Shown: positions 12,991 to 27,876, counted from the whole stretch's first letter. The stretch is 56,199 nt of DNA, filler included, from Catajapyx aquilonaris (GCA_000934665.2; 2 parts of 2 records of this genome joined end to end with filler, not necessarily neighbours in it); one strand, 5' to 3'. Program-made: numbers and translations. Notes: generated by a model from the letters alone, not told the origin.

Positions 12991-14616
12991 GAAATCAGCA
13001 CAAATTTTTTTAGAGGCCCCCTATCAGCTCAGTGTTACAAAAAAGTTACATTTTGTTGGCCATTGAAATAGTTGGATGCTAACAAGAACGAGGCCTGAGT
13101 GACTTTAAGTAATATCGGTAATGCTATAATACTACTGTAGTTCATCATACACGTATTATATCTAGAAATTGCACATGGAAGCTCAATCTGTGAAATTAAT
13201 TACAATTTTCTGGACTTAAGTTGTTTTCATACCAACTGGGATTTCAAAGGATAGGAAAATGAGTGTGTCTGTGTGAAATTTGTTTTAAAATTGTTACCAG
13301 TTACACGTGCTTTTTGTTTCATCAGCGGTTTATCACTTTCTGCTGTAGTTGTTGGCCAGCTAATTAATGTTTCATATAATGTCATGTGTTCTTGGGGGAA
13401 GTAGCCTACAGCAGTACTATAGATTTCCATCACGTGGGCATTGAAATTTCTCAATAGTTTTTTTTTGCACTAGCTGCCACCTTGCCATATTCAAGAGGGG
13501 TTTAGATACGATGGATATCTACACTAATATATGACATGGCCATGTTCGAATTCACACTAAATGCGGCGGGACCAACAAGATGTATAAAGTGATATACCGT
13601 ATTCTATACTATACAGGTAGTATGATACATCTTGGGTACCAGGTCCAGAGAGTCTTAAATACGGTCTGTCTTGAAGTTTGCAGAATCTGCCGCCATGATC
13701 CGCAAGTTTCCAGTAACACTACGATATATGCTGACATGTGGTGCAGCGCCTCTCTCAGTAGATGGCGGTGTCAACGGCTTTGAGAAGCAGCGGTATAGTA
13801 GCAGCGGGAAAGTGCTGTAGAGTACCACCATATTGGAGTAAATTTGTCAATTATTATTGGCCAGTCGCAAGATTTTCAATGTATTTCTGTCGCATACAAA
13901 GTTTGTTCCATTTTAAACCGCCAGTCGAACATGTAAATATCGAGTGTAATAATTATTGAAGTTCGACGCAAATTTACTAAACAATATTGGCAATTCATCA
14001 TTATTGCATTTATGTTGCTGATTCAATTTGTCCTAATATTATCAGCTAATATTTTGATAACAGCTAAGAGTTCCAAAGTAATTGCTTAAAATAACAAGTT
14101 TAGAGTGAAATGACCCTAACCACTTTTTTTGTTCTACTGTAACATTCTGTATAGGCCTAAAGGAAACAGATTTAGCACAACGATAAAATTTCTCAGAACA
14201 GAGCGAGTACACTGAGTCAGGCAGCACTATACTGTATATTTATTAACTTTAGTGCGTATACTGTACATTGAATGCGCGGCTTAATTGACGAAAATATGAT
14301 TTCAAGAAGTGACTGACGTGACCGCAGTGAGTGACCGGAAAATTAGTAACTCACGAAAGTATCATGTTCAAGTCGTACTAAAATCAGACCAGGCGAGACT
14401 GACTGAAAAAAATGACGTCAGCTTATACGTGATTGGCCAGCACTTGTCGACTCGTCCTTTCCCACCTCCCTGTATACTCAAACGACGTGTTCACAAAAAA
14501 AGGATGAACATTTCATAAATATTGTTTCATTTCTTCCGAATATATCTTGTCCGATGTATCTTTTCGTACAAATTTATTTGGTACAATATCTGGGTGCGCG
14601 ATGATTATATTTATAT

Positions 14617-14858
14617 GAGGGCCGTGGTGGAAAAAGGTGATAACCCACAAAAGTGTAATTTTTCAGGAGATCGAATAATTGAAGTTTGAACTATTTTCAC
14701 AAATTATAGTTTTCATCTAGTCCGTGTTGCCATCTCGTGCATGATACGTGAACTTGAAGTAAGTTATACCAAACTGTTTTGTATACATATAGTTGCTAAG
14801 TGTTTAGGTCAAAAATGACAAAAATGAGGGTTGTCACCCTTATTCCACCACACCCCTC
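14617..14858. mobile_element. Sola-like MITE
   Basis: Imperfect TIR GAGGG..GTGGTGGAA.AAGGTGA.AACCC; flanks are ATAT and ATTT. Confidence 0.55.
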
Positions 14859-14929
14859 ATTTCACCTGATGACTTCTTGCTCTACGGCGAAATTTTCCTG
14901 CCCGATGTATCCAATATAATAATTCGGAT

Positions 14930-15009
14930 TAAATGTAGCCTAGAGTTGTGTCCCCCTTAGAGGGCTTAGTCCCTGGACATGGGGGTAAATAAATAAATAA
15001 ATAAATAAA
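14930..15009 (+). mobile_element. 5'-truncated non-LTR retroelement 3' end with (TAAA)n tail
   Basis: 13-bp TSD TAATAATTCGGAT; the 3' stem-loop resembles the LINE-like end at ~48265-48325. Confidence 0.7.
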
Positions 15010-18000
15010 TAATAATTCGGATGAGCTGAGTCATCTTCGTACGAAAATGGTTCGCGCATATCGGCAAAGTGCTATATGTACGAGTTTTCCATAAAATAAT
15101 TAACGGGTGCTTTTAAAAGCAGTAGAAATCGCTTCTGAAATGGCCCGTTAGATTGGAGTGATCACGAAAAAAACCGGTACCGAACATCGTAATCTACGAA
15201 GTTTTGGATACTTGACGAAATTTAGCCTGTCGTATTATGCTATTTACCTCGAGACACTTAACAGTTAAGCCATAATATTAAAATTTCTTTACACTACACA
15301 AAAATGAAAATAACTATATTGCATCTTGGTATTTCTATAGCTTAATATTTTGTCGACATTGACCTTTTTTCCCAAGCAGCAATAACGGTCATGTTGTACT
15401 AGGGAAGGGCGGCATTCAGGCTGAATTGGGAAAGGTTAGCGTTACGTTGTGTGGTCGCGCATGACACTGCGTTACAACGCGTAGCAAACACTCCCAAAAG
15501 AGTTACTTAATTTATGGACCACCCTTGTCAACTGTTTCGACCCTACTATTGCCATGCCGGACAGCATCGATGTATTTTTTTTGGAACTCAAAGCATCTGA
15601 TATCACTATAATATTCCAAAATGAAATTTTGAAAATTAAGTTGACGATAAGCGATCTCTAAAAAAAGAGGAAGGTTTGTGTATTTCAAGTGCAATTTCTT
15701 ATAAATTCAATCATCCATCCGTGCACCGAATGAAACGTATAGATTGATTTGTTGATATGGGACAATGAAATGAGATGGAGCTTATGGATCAGGCCAATAA
15801 AATCGTTCCGGAAGCCGTTTAGAGAGTTCCCAGAATCCTTTTCATCCTGAGCTCTTAACATGGGTCATAAAGGGTTGGAGGCTAGTTGTTTTCTGGAAGG
15901 AGGGGATTGTGAGAGGTCGAAGGGTTGAAGGAGGAGGGGAGGTTAGGGGGTAGGCTGGGAAGAGGGGGGGAGGGGAGCCTAAAACGAGGCAACAAAACGT
16001 CAGCAATGATTTAAAGGCAGCCTGGGAACTCAGTCGTAAACCTGAGGCGTTATTTCCCAGTCTTATGGCCACCGTTTTCACCACTGAGGCCGTTCAATTT
16101 TATCCATTTTTATATACGATTTTTAAAACTTTCAAAATTTGTATCCATGTGATGCAGGCTAAGTGGGGCACCTGCGATATATTGTGGGATTATTTGGAGC
16201 TACAAAACAATTTACCCCAAATTTTTTGTTTGAAAAAAAAATTAGGTTATGGTCTGGCTGAACCGTACAAAATCGTTGTAGCTTGTAAAGTTAAAATAAT
16301 TGCTACCTTCAAATATTTTCCGGCTACTCTTAGAAGCGTGGAAAATTTTTGCAACACTTTGGTCGTCAAACTGTACCGAATACATGCAATGCCTTTCAAT
16401 TGATCCCAAACTAAAATAGTGTGTTAGGACAGTTACTCTTTCGAGCCCATGTTTTTTGCTGTTCATGTTAGAACAAGACTGTAGAGGAAGTGACCTGTAG
16501 AGCTACTCGCTGATAGATATTTCAACTGCACGTTTTAATAGCTTTTCCCCCCATGAGTGAAGGCAGGTATTATCGAAAGATACCCCATTATTGCGTAGGT
16601 AAAACTTTATGCTGTACTGAAAAGTCCCCTTACGACATGGCTTTCTTTCCCTAACTCTCCTGCCCCTTTACTTCCTCTTTTTGCTGGCAGTCAGTTTTGC
16701 AAAGTGGGTGGAGAACATAAATCTCGGCTCTTTACGACTGTGGCCAAAAAGGTATTCATCGGTTATTATTCGGCGGGTAATAATTAGGAGAGAAATAATA
16801 AAAGTGTTTATGGTTAGCCGAGAGATGTCACGTGACTTCTTCGAGGCTCCCTTCAAACTAAAGTGCAATTTGCTCGCACCGACAAATTTTTTTGTTCTTA
16901 AAAAAGGTTCACTTTTGCGCTGAAAGTTGTGCTTTGTCTGAGAATTTTATGTAACTTTAGAGGCAACATGTTTTAAAAGGTATCGCAATTTGATCTGCAT
17001 CATATTGTGCACAATGACACATTGGCTTTACTTGGGTTGAAAATATGGATAAAATGAGTCAGTTTCAGACAATAAATGTGTGCTTGTCCGGACCTTGATT
17101 AAAGAAAAATGGTGTCAGAACAGTTTGTTGTTAATGACTGCAAGTTTGAACTAATTGACTGTGTCTTGTCGCTTACCATATAGGTCCTGGTCTGATAGCA
17201 CTGAAAAAAAAAATCAAACCTGTAGCGCGTATTGATCGATTTTATAGCCTGGGTTCCCCCCTCTAGTCTGAACCCAGTCAGTCGCCCAGCTGAATTCAAA
17301 CCGATTCGCGCTGGTCCAGACTTATCTTTGTCAGACGCTTGGCTGGGATTCTAACAGTTTTATGGAGAACGTGCGACACATTCTGAGATTTTCACTGAGG
17401 GATAAGAAATATTGAGAGAATGATATTCTGTAGATTATTTCATATTGTTGTTAATATTACTGAAGTGCAATACAGTAAAAGTCTCATATAGATGTATGTT
17501 TCGACAAATTTAATATGTAAAACATACAACGTCGACAGAAAGTTGCATAATAATATTTAGTCATTGTCTTGATGGCTGGATGTGACAAAGTGAAGGGCAG
17601 AATATTTCAAATTACATATTTGTCACGGTGTCTTCAAATGTCTCACGCCTCCCATTACGTTTATATGGTTCCAGTCTAACTTCAGAAAAGAATTCAGCAA
17701 TTTATTATGCATCTTTATATGTTTAGAGATACTGCTGAATGTATCAAAAAAACAGGAAGAAAATGAAACAAACCACATTGCTTATTGCATATATTGCAGG
17801 CTGATTTTTGAGAAATAAGCGATGGTCCTATACTTATATTTGCGGAAAAATAAATGACGCCATTAGTTTATGGATAATGCAACATATCGTCAATATGCAT
17901 TAGGCCCAGTGTAGGAGTTGGAATGTGACTCAAAGGGAAACTAAAGACTGTAACTTACAGTATCTCGCAAATATTCTTTTATCCTGCATCGTAAGGATGC

Positions 18001-18899
18001 ATGCCATCTGATTATGGATATAGTTTACACAATGAGGCATGTCCTTAGAGAAGGCTCTTATTTTGCAGTTGAAACTACTCCCCCTTTGTCAAACTAGTCA
18101 AATCAGTCACACTACTCCTTCATTTGGCTCATTTAGTCAAAACTGCCCATGAGTCTAGATACTCTAGAATACTTGTATTAACAACCTAATTTAAGAAAAA
18201 AATAACACAATTAATTTTTCAACGACACTTACGCTGTTCTAAAATATTATTGGCTTGTTAACTTGAAAGTAACCTTTAAAAATCGCCGATGTATTTGGCA
18301 TATTCAATGACTGCCATTTTGAACTTGTGCTATTATTGCGGAAAATTCTTGGACCAAAATTGATTAAACGCAGTTCAGAAGCGGAGAGCAGATATTCGGA
18401 ATTGATGGCAGCCAGTGTGTTATAGGTAGGTACAGTACCTGTACAGTGTAGTGTCCACCCTCTGATACACGCGACAGAACACGAGAGGTTGTACTGTACC
18501 CTGGATACCTCTCAGTACGTTGCCTTTAGTCAATATGTTGTAACTGATCTTACAAAGTATTTTGCACTGAATTTCAATAGCTTTTGTCCACCTACATTTT
18601 ATTACAGGCCCTATGTTGAATTAACATTTCATATTGCTCATCGTGATCAAGATGTCACTACTACTTGCATTGGGACGTATATATCAGGCATTGCATTTCA
18701 TTTAATTATTTATTATAATATTCTGCGTCTAACTTTACTTGCCCAAATTAAGATTTTGTGTAGCCTATATACAAGTACTTATCGGTCTCGTATATGAACC
18801 TGGGTATATTTTATTTATTTGTGCTTGGGAAGAGTACAGGGTGGAGAAATATGCAGCCTCTTTACTGAAAATGTACTTGAATTTGCTGAAAGATGACCA

Positions 18900-19028
18900 G
18901 GGGCCGGTTGTATAATTTAATGTTAACTACAGAATTAGCTGTTGTTTACAGATATATACTAACTCCAGGCAGGTTGTATAAATGTTAGTCAATAGTTAAC
19001 CTTGACTAACATTTATACAACCTGCCCC
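18900..19028. mobile_element. Harbinger-like MITE with internal hairpin
   Basis: GGGGCCGGTTGTATAA...TTATACAACCTGCCCC; TSD not clear. Confidence 0.6.
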
Positions 19029-22000
19029 AATAAAAACAGCAGAATAACAGTCCCGATCAATCGAGATGTCGCAAATATTATTAAAGTTTTACTCCTTCGG
19101 TATAGGCAACCCCACTCTTTAGGGACCACCCATCGTATAGACTGTTCATGGAAGAAAGTTATCGGATGAGAGAAGAATACAATCGCACAAAGTAACCTAC
19201 TCCGCAGTGAGGGCACACATGCTCATAGCAGTGCTATTTTTTTCCAACAAGTATGCGATATGTACTTATACAGAAGACGCTAATTTTTCGACAATGCCGC
19301 AACTTGTTGACTCTCGCATTGTCAACCCCCTTTAATTCTGACTTGTTTTAACAGAAACCGTCTGGATGATTACTGAGCTTATTATGAGTGGACACATTCT
19401 AAAGATAATGTACAAGAGTGGCTTGTCCTTTATGTAAGGTTTATCTGTCAAGCTAGAAAAATGCATAGTATTTTTCCTTACAATTGAAACTGTTGGAGTC
19501 ATGTAACCATAACAGTTAGCACACTGTATTGCACGATAATTTATCAATTGCAAATATTTTTATGTTGCAGGTTTTTATACATAACATTTATAGTGTATCA
19601 GATCGAGTGTGCACAATATAAATGCGCTGGGGAAAAAAATGGAATATACCCATAGTGTATTATGTTTAGCCCAGGAATTGTGTTCGGAGAGCACTTTGCT
19701 TACTTTGCAAGTATTAACCAGAGAGAGGGAGAGAGAGAAAAATGTGTACACAGTACTGTAGTAGTTCATTGCACCGGATGAAATAATTGAGCATGAAAGC
19801 GACCAGGGCCGTAGCGGTGACTAATCTCCATTCACTTTGTCACGCGCTAAAAGTTTCAACTTTTATTCTATTTTGAATACTAAATAGTGTGGGTTTCCAC
19901 TCAAAGCGCATTTTTCATTTCAATTTCATGATCCCTCCTGTCGATGGCATAATAATGGCGGAAGCAATTTGATGTGCGGCTATGCCACATTATGCTTTTG
20001 CATCAGGGTATATTATTTAATAAAATATCCACCCCCCTCCCCCTCCCCCACTCTCCACATGAACACTGTAGTATATTTAGACACTGGAAATTGAGCACAA
20101 AATAATGGACGCAACTTTCAAAGTGTACTAAAAATGACACATATTTTCCACCGATTCGTTCGGGTGGAGGATAAACGTCAATTGCTACGTGACTTTCTGC
20201 GTTCCACCAACCACACGGAGGAAGACGAAGAAAAAAAGGGCCCGTAGGAAATTCGAGACCCGGAGGTCATTCGAGGCTATCCCCTTCCCCACAGCTCGCA
20301 TTCGAAAAAGTAATAATTTCAAATTTAATTTACGGGGCTGTAAAGTTATTCGCATCCTTGCTCAGCAGCGATTAGAGTGGCTCGTAAACTTTTCGGGGCC
20401 GACCCATAATGCTTTGCGTGTCGAATAGGGCTGACCTCTTCTCGTCTTCTTCCCTTGGTACTTTTTTCCCCCTCTGGTTCCTTACCCCCGATTTAGCTCA
20501 CTATGCTGCCTATACTTCGTCAAGGAGACTTGCAGGTTCTTCCATTCTCTGAAAAAATATTTGGCGAAAAATGTTTGTCCTGTCAATAAAAATGGATGGT
20601 AAATAGTAACCATTGAAATGTTCTCGATTTTTTATTATTATTTCTATTACGATAGTGATCCGTTTTTCTTGCAAAAGCTACAACGTGACACACAGTAAAT
20701 GGGTACAGCAGACCCATCGCACTTGGCAACACAGCATACACAGCCATAAGTATACTGCGGAGGACCTTTGACCAGAGTGACAAAATTGTAGAGGCAACAG
20801 CTCACCGTTCAGGGAAAAAGAGAAATAGACAAAGAAAGGTCAAGTGCAGGAAAACAATAATACATGCACAGCGGGATATGTCCAAGAGTAACCTGGCAGT
20901 TGTTTTTTTTTTTAAAAAAAAAAGGTGACAGGAAAATAAGTTAACAATCACCATATGAAGACCAGTGGTACCAACCAAAAAAAATGGGGGTCTAGTTATT
21001 TTTACAAATTCACATTCGCACTTTTTTTATAGCCCTCATAGGTGTGTGCATTGGCTTAGGTTTCACGTCGAAAACATCTCAGCTTGCATTGCTGCAAAAC
21101 ATTGAACATATTGCATCGAACTAGGAGCTTGTTCGACTCAAATTACTGGCTTACACACAGTTTGATGAACTGACAACTAAACTGAGCTTCGTGTTGAAGT
21201 ACTTCGGAGCTGCGATTCTTGGTTAAATGATCCCGGACCCTTCTTGCTGTTTGCTCTCACATTTTGTGCTTAATGAAATACAGTACAAGCGAGAGACCCT
21301 GTTCTTGTGCTTGGGGCAACTAACATTTTCTTCCTAGTGTACATTGCAATGACTCACTCTTCGTCATCTTCAATCATGCGATCGCTTAGGTAATAAGCGA
21401 AGAACAAAACAAAACAAAAAAAACCAGAGGTGACAAATGAGCTGGCAAATACGATGTTTGAGATTCCTGAATGTTCACAAAAAACAATGAATAACATTAA
21501 CAAAAATTGCAACATGCATTAGGTATCCGTACAACAATGCGCGGGAATTGGACGATTAATGCTCGTAACATGAGAGCGTTTAAATAAATAAAGTAACAAT
21601 TTATTGCTGTTGAAAAAAAAATGGAATTAATTGCTAATAAAATTATAATAACGTCGAGGTATTAGTGGATAATACCAAACACGTTGACATTGTCATCAAC
21701 CTACACAAGAACACTGATCTCAGTGTCAGATTGGTATGTTAATCATGGATCATCTGAAATAGCGGTCATTGTTGTACTGAAGTAGTAGACGTTCCCACTT
21801 GTGTACCATCATGCTCAAAATACTTAAACTAACCTCTTGTTCATCCTTCATGTAGTAGATTTATATTAGTATTAAGAAATATTACTCTGGATATCATAGT
21901 ACGATTCACAAATTAATGACGGCACTATCACAGCACGTGTGTGTATGTGTGCCCGATTCTTTGGCAGCTTGGATCTGGATAAAGCGTCACATTGGAAAAC

Positions 22001-24782
22001 ATGTCTGCCCAGGTATGATGACTATGCCAAGAAATGGACGGTGTTATGCAATAATTTTTGTCAATCCACAAAAATGTCAAAATAGAGCTAAGCTCAGGAA
22101 CATAATTATACCTATAGGAACTTCATTCAGTTAAAATCACGCTGGTAAAATCTGCATACTTTTGCCATAAATGACTGAAAAGAACACTGAATTAATTTCA
22201 CAGGTATGACCTTCAAAGCATTTTTTTCTCAAAATCCTTCTCGTGTGGGTTGACTCATTATTGCGTAACACCGTCCAAATAATGCTAGGTTCAGACTCCA
22301 TGCATTACATTATTACAAAATTGATCTTCATTTCATGACAATTATTAATCTTCAAGATGGTAATTGCTATTTATTGAAACGCATTCGAGTGAAAATGCGA
22401 TCACTTCATATATTGTTTTAAAAACCATGACCTGTATGTGCGTGACTACAATGATGGGTTAATATGCGCAAACACGTTAGCGACATATTAAAATTTATAT
22501 GTTTTAGGCTACTTCAAAATCTGGTACAGTATACGCTGTACCTCTGAACCCGATTTAGAAGTATCTGCAACAGACATCCAACATCCTGGAACACTCACGA
22601 CAATAAAGCATTTCTAAATATTTAGAGTGTTTCTGTTTTAACTGATATCAGTTTACTGTCCATGACGAATAAACACAAAAATTCATACTGAGAAAAAACT
22701 ACATCGTGCCCTTTCTGAATAATTATACACCGGTTGCGATACTTATAGTGAACAGTAGGTGAAAAATAATGAGAAGGCGTAGAAAGGAGAATCCAAATAC
22801 AACAGAAAAATCCGCCCACTATATCTATCGGGACATCGCAAAATAAAACAATAAACAAAACAATATACAAAAATAAACAAAAACAAAATTAACTATCCTA
22901 ACCTCAGTCTTATTAAAAAGCTCTTACCGCCGCGAAATAAGATAGGTACAATAACAGTTTCACTCCATTCTACGAGATGAAAATGGCACACAAAATGTTG
23001 ATGCGACAATTGTTGTTGTTTGTTTAGTTGTTGTTTTTTTTCTTCGTTACTTACATATTTTTTAAAACTGACCTACGCTGATATTCTATAACCAAGATCC
23101 TCTGGGGTTGGTTCTGCGAATACATTGAGAGACACTGTTGGAGATAAAAAGTGACAGCTATTAGGGAGTGCCGACACTTTAAATCTTGGACATAAATGAC
23201 GGCCATTACACACAAACCTGCCCTATATTATATTGAAGCGTTGTAAAGGAACCGGAAATCTGCCTCTTTGGCCGACTGTCATCAAATGCAACATTTCACC
23301 CCATGCAACCAAAAATACAACAAAAAAATCCACAGGTTCTTTCACACTCTTATATCTCCCTATTATTCGTTGGACCCTTCGAATGGTTTTTATTCCTCTC
23401 CAAGCACCAATAGATATGACTTTGATAATAAAAATATATTTACAAAATTTTGGTTATTGTAACTTATTACTTATTTTGAATAAGAAATTTACGGTGCTTA
23501 TCTCCGACACTTGGAGGGGCTTGAAGGGATTTCAGTGAGCATTAAAGTGAAGAGGACACTTGTGTGTTTACAGTACGTTACCACAAAATGTTTCCTATCA
23601 CATGTTATCCCTCTCAACACCCCGCAATACTTACACATTAGAATTGTTGTAAAAATATTATTCTGATTATGTAAAAGTTATAATTATCACTTCTGAAACC
23701 AATTCGTAACACTCCACAGCCTTCTCACATATCAAAAGGACATGAATTAATCTCTCACTAACATCACTACTCACCATAGACCCTACTTGATCCCAAATAT
23801 CTTTGCATTTTCAAGCTGTAGGAACAATGTCATCGCCACTTTCATTTTCCAGCAGTTATTGTCCAATGAAAAGTTTCACAAATCAAATGAATGTGCCCAG
23901 GATGATATATCAAAAGAATAATACAAGAATTTTCTATCTCATCAGTTGTAACCAAACTGAACAGGACGGGATTTGGACGTTACAGTTACGCATTACTTGA
24001 AAGGAATAAAGAAAGAGTAGAAAATCGATTCCATGTAATTACTTCTTGTAAGGACTCGTGACAATATTATCCATCCATTACTTGTTCAAGGCAAGAGAAG
24101 GCCACTCACTTAACCATTGTTCTTTTCATGCGACACCGATACCTTTGCTATTTTATATAATAAATGATAACGGCAGGGGATGGATGTATCTCTACTTCTT
24201 CCGCAAGGGTTTCTTCAGTCTTGTGGCAGTATGTAGTTATGGGTTTAATGCAGACCAGACGATTCCTTTACCGGTCTTCACGATTCCTCAGCTGCGCTCA
24301 ATCAGCTTCCGTGCACGGCATATCGTTCTCTGAAAACAAAAACCATATATTTAGTTTATATCCGCAAAACTGTTCATGAGGCTTCTCAATTACATTTTTC
24401 AAATTACTCTATGCATAATATTCACTTCCAACCAATTAATTTTTACTCCTGCCATACTGTACAGCTGTGGAGGGGTTTTTAGCACGGGCGGTTTTAGCCT
24501 TGTTAGTATTATTTATCGCCAATTGGGTCAAGAGGTCTCTTAGGAACGGAGAGGCCAGAGTCTAAATCACATTCGAACACGTAACATACAGTATGAATTA
24601 ATATACAATACGGCACGCGGCGGATATCAGTATCACCGTATGTCTCGATTTGGATGTCGCAATTGTGATCTTGCAACAATAGTTCATATCACCATAAGAA
24701 GCATAGATAGAGACGTTAGCTTTGAAAACGTATAAATGTCAAAATTTTAATGACAACCATGCAGTAACGCACATTACGGTAT

Positions 24783-24917
24783 ACAGTACAACATCGCGCC
24801 CCCTTTTTCCGTTCCCTTGATCATTTCCATAAGGTAAATTTTCCCACATAAAACGCTATCCCGCTTGTTATAAGCTACTTTTGGGCGGTCCCTTGCGTTA
24901 TATCGAGGTTTTACTGT
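24783..24917. mobile_element. pogo/Tigger-like MITE remnant
   Basis: TA|CAGTA...CGTTATATCGAGGTTTTACTG|TA. Confidence 0.55.
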
Positions 24918-27644
24918 ATTTAAAAATCTGAGGTAAGGGGCTCTGATATTTGAATAGCAAAACACTGCAGTAAGCACATTATAATTCCGTAATTTAAATC
25001 AGCCAAGATTTGGTTGTCATATAGCATGTTTTTCTAGCAGAACAAAATAACGTGTTTTCGACGACGTAGCGGAAGAGGATATTTACCTATTGAAAATCCC
25101 TCCTGCGTTTCTCAAAAAATATATATACCGTATATCTACAGTATAAAAAAAAGCAAAGTGGGAGATCTCATTATTCTCACTTGTTGCTGAGGAATGGGAC
25201 TATCTTGTGAGGAAACTTAGGAGGCTCTTGCTCTCTTTTTCTTTTGTTGTTAACTAAAGCTGGTGGCAGTTTTACAGTCTTCAAGTAGGGGATGCCCTCT
25301 GTATACAGTTCACAAATACTTTTTATTCCTTTAATTCGACGCTTTTGAAGGGAGAAAATTCTCATTTCAGGTCCTTCTCAATTCTCGTGATGCGCATCAT
25401 TTGCATCAGCTCGAAAAGGAAAAGGAGGTTCAAGAGTTCCTTATCCGCCCGTGACTATACTCTTCGGTAAATTTTTTTTGCACAAATCCGTTTAAGTACA
25501 TTGGATTTGCAATAAAAGAAGGGCTGCAGAATCTTTCCTATATAATCGCTTTGTAAAGGGTACTCACTGCATGCTCATTCGCACACGTAACATAACTTGG
25601 TCGGGATCTTAGATCAGACGGATCTCCTTCCAAAAACAACAACCATTTTTTTTTCTTCATTCGATGTTATTATTCCGAACTGCCTGATACACAATCTGCG
25701 ATAGCAACATGGAGTCTGAACAAATCTGGGCTAAAGTCCACCTCCCACACCATGAAACCTTGTTTTGGTATATTGAGAAAAATGGAAGCATATGTTGTTT
25801 CTTGAGGTGGCATCGACAACAGTGAGTCGACCTTGTTAGCGGAACAGAAACATTGCACCCAGTGGTATAGGGTCCACACGCGATTTACAGCAGCACCACC
25901 CTTGCCGATACCATAGAACTTGCCCTTTGGCTAGGCTGACACGTGAACGTCTGCACGCCACGTGACACACTAGTGCATGATGTGCCTGAAGAAAAGTAGC
26001 AATCAGGAGTCCTAGCTGACAAGATGTCAAGCAAACGCAACGTTGTCGCAACGTTATCGCGGAAAGTGGTGCATTTTTGCAGAGTGAATGATAATCGTGC
26101 CGCCTGAACAACATGATAACCGAAGACCTGCGGGGGAGTGTTGTCATCATATATAGGATTGGCTGCAATCTTGTAGCACTGAGTTGTAAAATTGTGTCAT
26201 GGAGCACTCCAGGGTTTTGGAAGTCGATTTGCATTGTGGCCATCCTCAAGGCAAATGTCGTTAGCAGATCATGACTGACGATGTAAATGAGATAAGCCAG
26301 TGCTGTCGATGTGACGATAAGTTGCTGCTTGCAACCAACCAGGGTAGTGTATAGTAATGGCAATTTCGAAGTTAAAAATAAGATAATAATACTAAATAAT
26401 AATGGACACGGCCGCAAATTCTCTTAAAGTTGCGTTTAACGAGTTTCCTTTGTTTCCGAAGAGGGTGATGGCGGAGAGGCTGGGCGTGAAAGGAAAACGG
26501 AGCTCTAAATCACGTGGATTGCAGCCTTTGGAAGACACGCTGGTACATAAGGGGAAGTCGCCTTACACTTAAACAAGGAGGAGGAAAATGGAACAAGCTA
26601 ATTTATGGCAGCTTTATGACATTCTGTGATGGCCATCAATTTCAAACGCTAATAAACATTATGCGGCCGATCGTAAAGAGCAGATGCAGCGGAGTTTTAA
26701 AGACAGCTCTTTTTGTGGGCCACTTTCAGGGACAAAAGAATCATGTCATTTGTGCGTCTATAATATAGTTGTACTTATTACATCATGTGCGAATATTACA
26801 CAGTCGGTCTACAGTGCATAATGCTTCTGCATTACAGTATAATTGCGGCCTATGCAGTTTAGGTCTATGCTTTATTTCGGTACATGATTGTACATGATAA
26901 TGCTATTGCACATTTCGGCGCGTCCATTTATCTTCTCGTATGGTAGACATCATGACTCATGAAGTCATAGTTCGTCCAACTATCATTTTTAGAGCATGTG
27001 ACGTTTAGATGGCACCGCGATACATAAACGGGAATACATTTGTCTGAAAATACAGGGTGTTTAGAAAAGATATCCATAATAAACTTTTAGGTTCTCCACG
27101 TGCGAGCCAAAGGATTACTTTATGTAGACATGCCCTTTGGTATCCGCAGGCTGGTTATCATGATAATGGGCTTTTCACCATGTAGTATAACAAGTATAAC
27201 ATATCCTGGAAGGTTTGCATCCGAACGTACACTGGACGCGTCCAAAACTACGAGTACATTGTCTCATACACTAAATTTTTGGGCAGGAACTGACTATCAA
27301 ATGATGCACCCAACTCAACTAAATTGGGTCATTATCAAGATGAGGTTGAGTGCCCCTGTGTCTGTAATTAATATGTTTTAGGTGTGCATGCAAACAACCT
27401 ACCTACTGCGTGGATGGATGCGAACCTTCTAGGATACGCTATCGTACATATAAAAAGTCCTCTATTTTTGTAACTAGATTGTGGAAACCCCTTACATAAT
27501 ATTATCTTCTGACTCGCACGGGGTCACCCTAAATGTTTTTGAAACAATCTGTACGTAGCCTAACCAGAAAGAAAAGAATTCAGTCTCAATTATTATTTAC
27601 ATAAAGTGACCTCGACAGGGTAAATGAATAAGGTGTAATACAAG

Positions 27645-27820
27645 CAGGGATGGGCACTAAATACTTGAATGTAATTAAATACTAAATACTAACTACTGCA
27701 AAAAATGTAATTAAATACTAAATACTAAATACTGAATAAGAAAGTAATTAGATACTAAATACTAAATACACCAAAAGTATTTAGATACTTTTGTAAATAC
27801 ATTTCAAATACATTTTTGTG
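27645..27820 (+). mobile_element. hAT-type element left end with (AAATACT)n subterminal repeats
   Basis: Starts CAGGGATGGGC with arrays of AAATACT; the rest runs into an assembly gap. Confidence 0.55.
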
Positions 27821-27876
27821 GACATGGAATGTGGCGGCGAGGGACGAAAGCCCGCCGCAGCCGAATTGGGGGGGGG

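Noticed and set aside
25836..26417. 193-aa minus-strand ORF
   Set aside because: Non-ATG start, random-looking composition and no recognisable motif.
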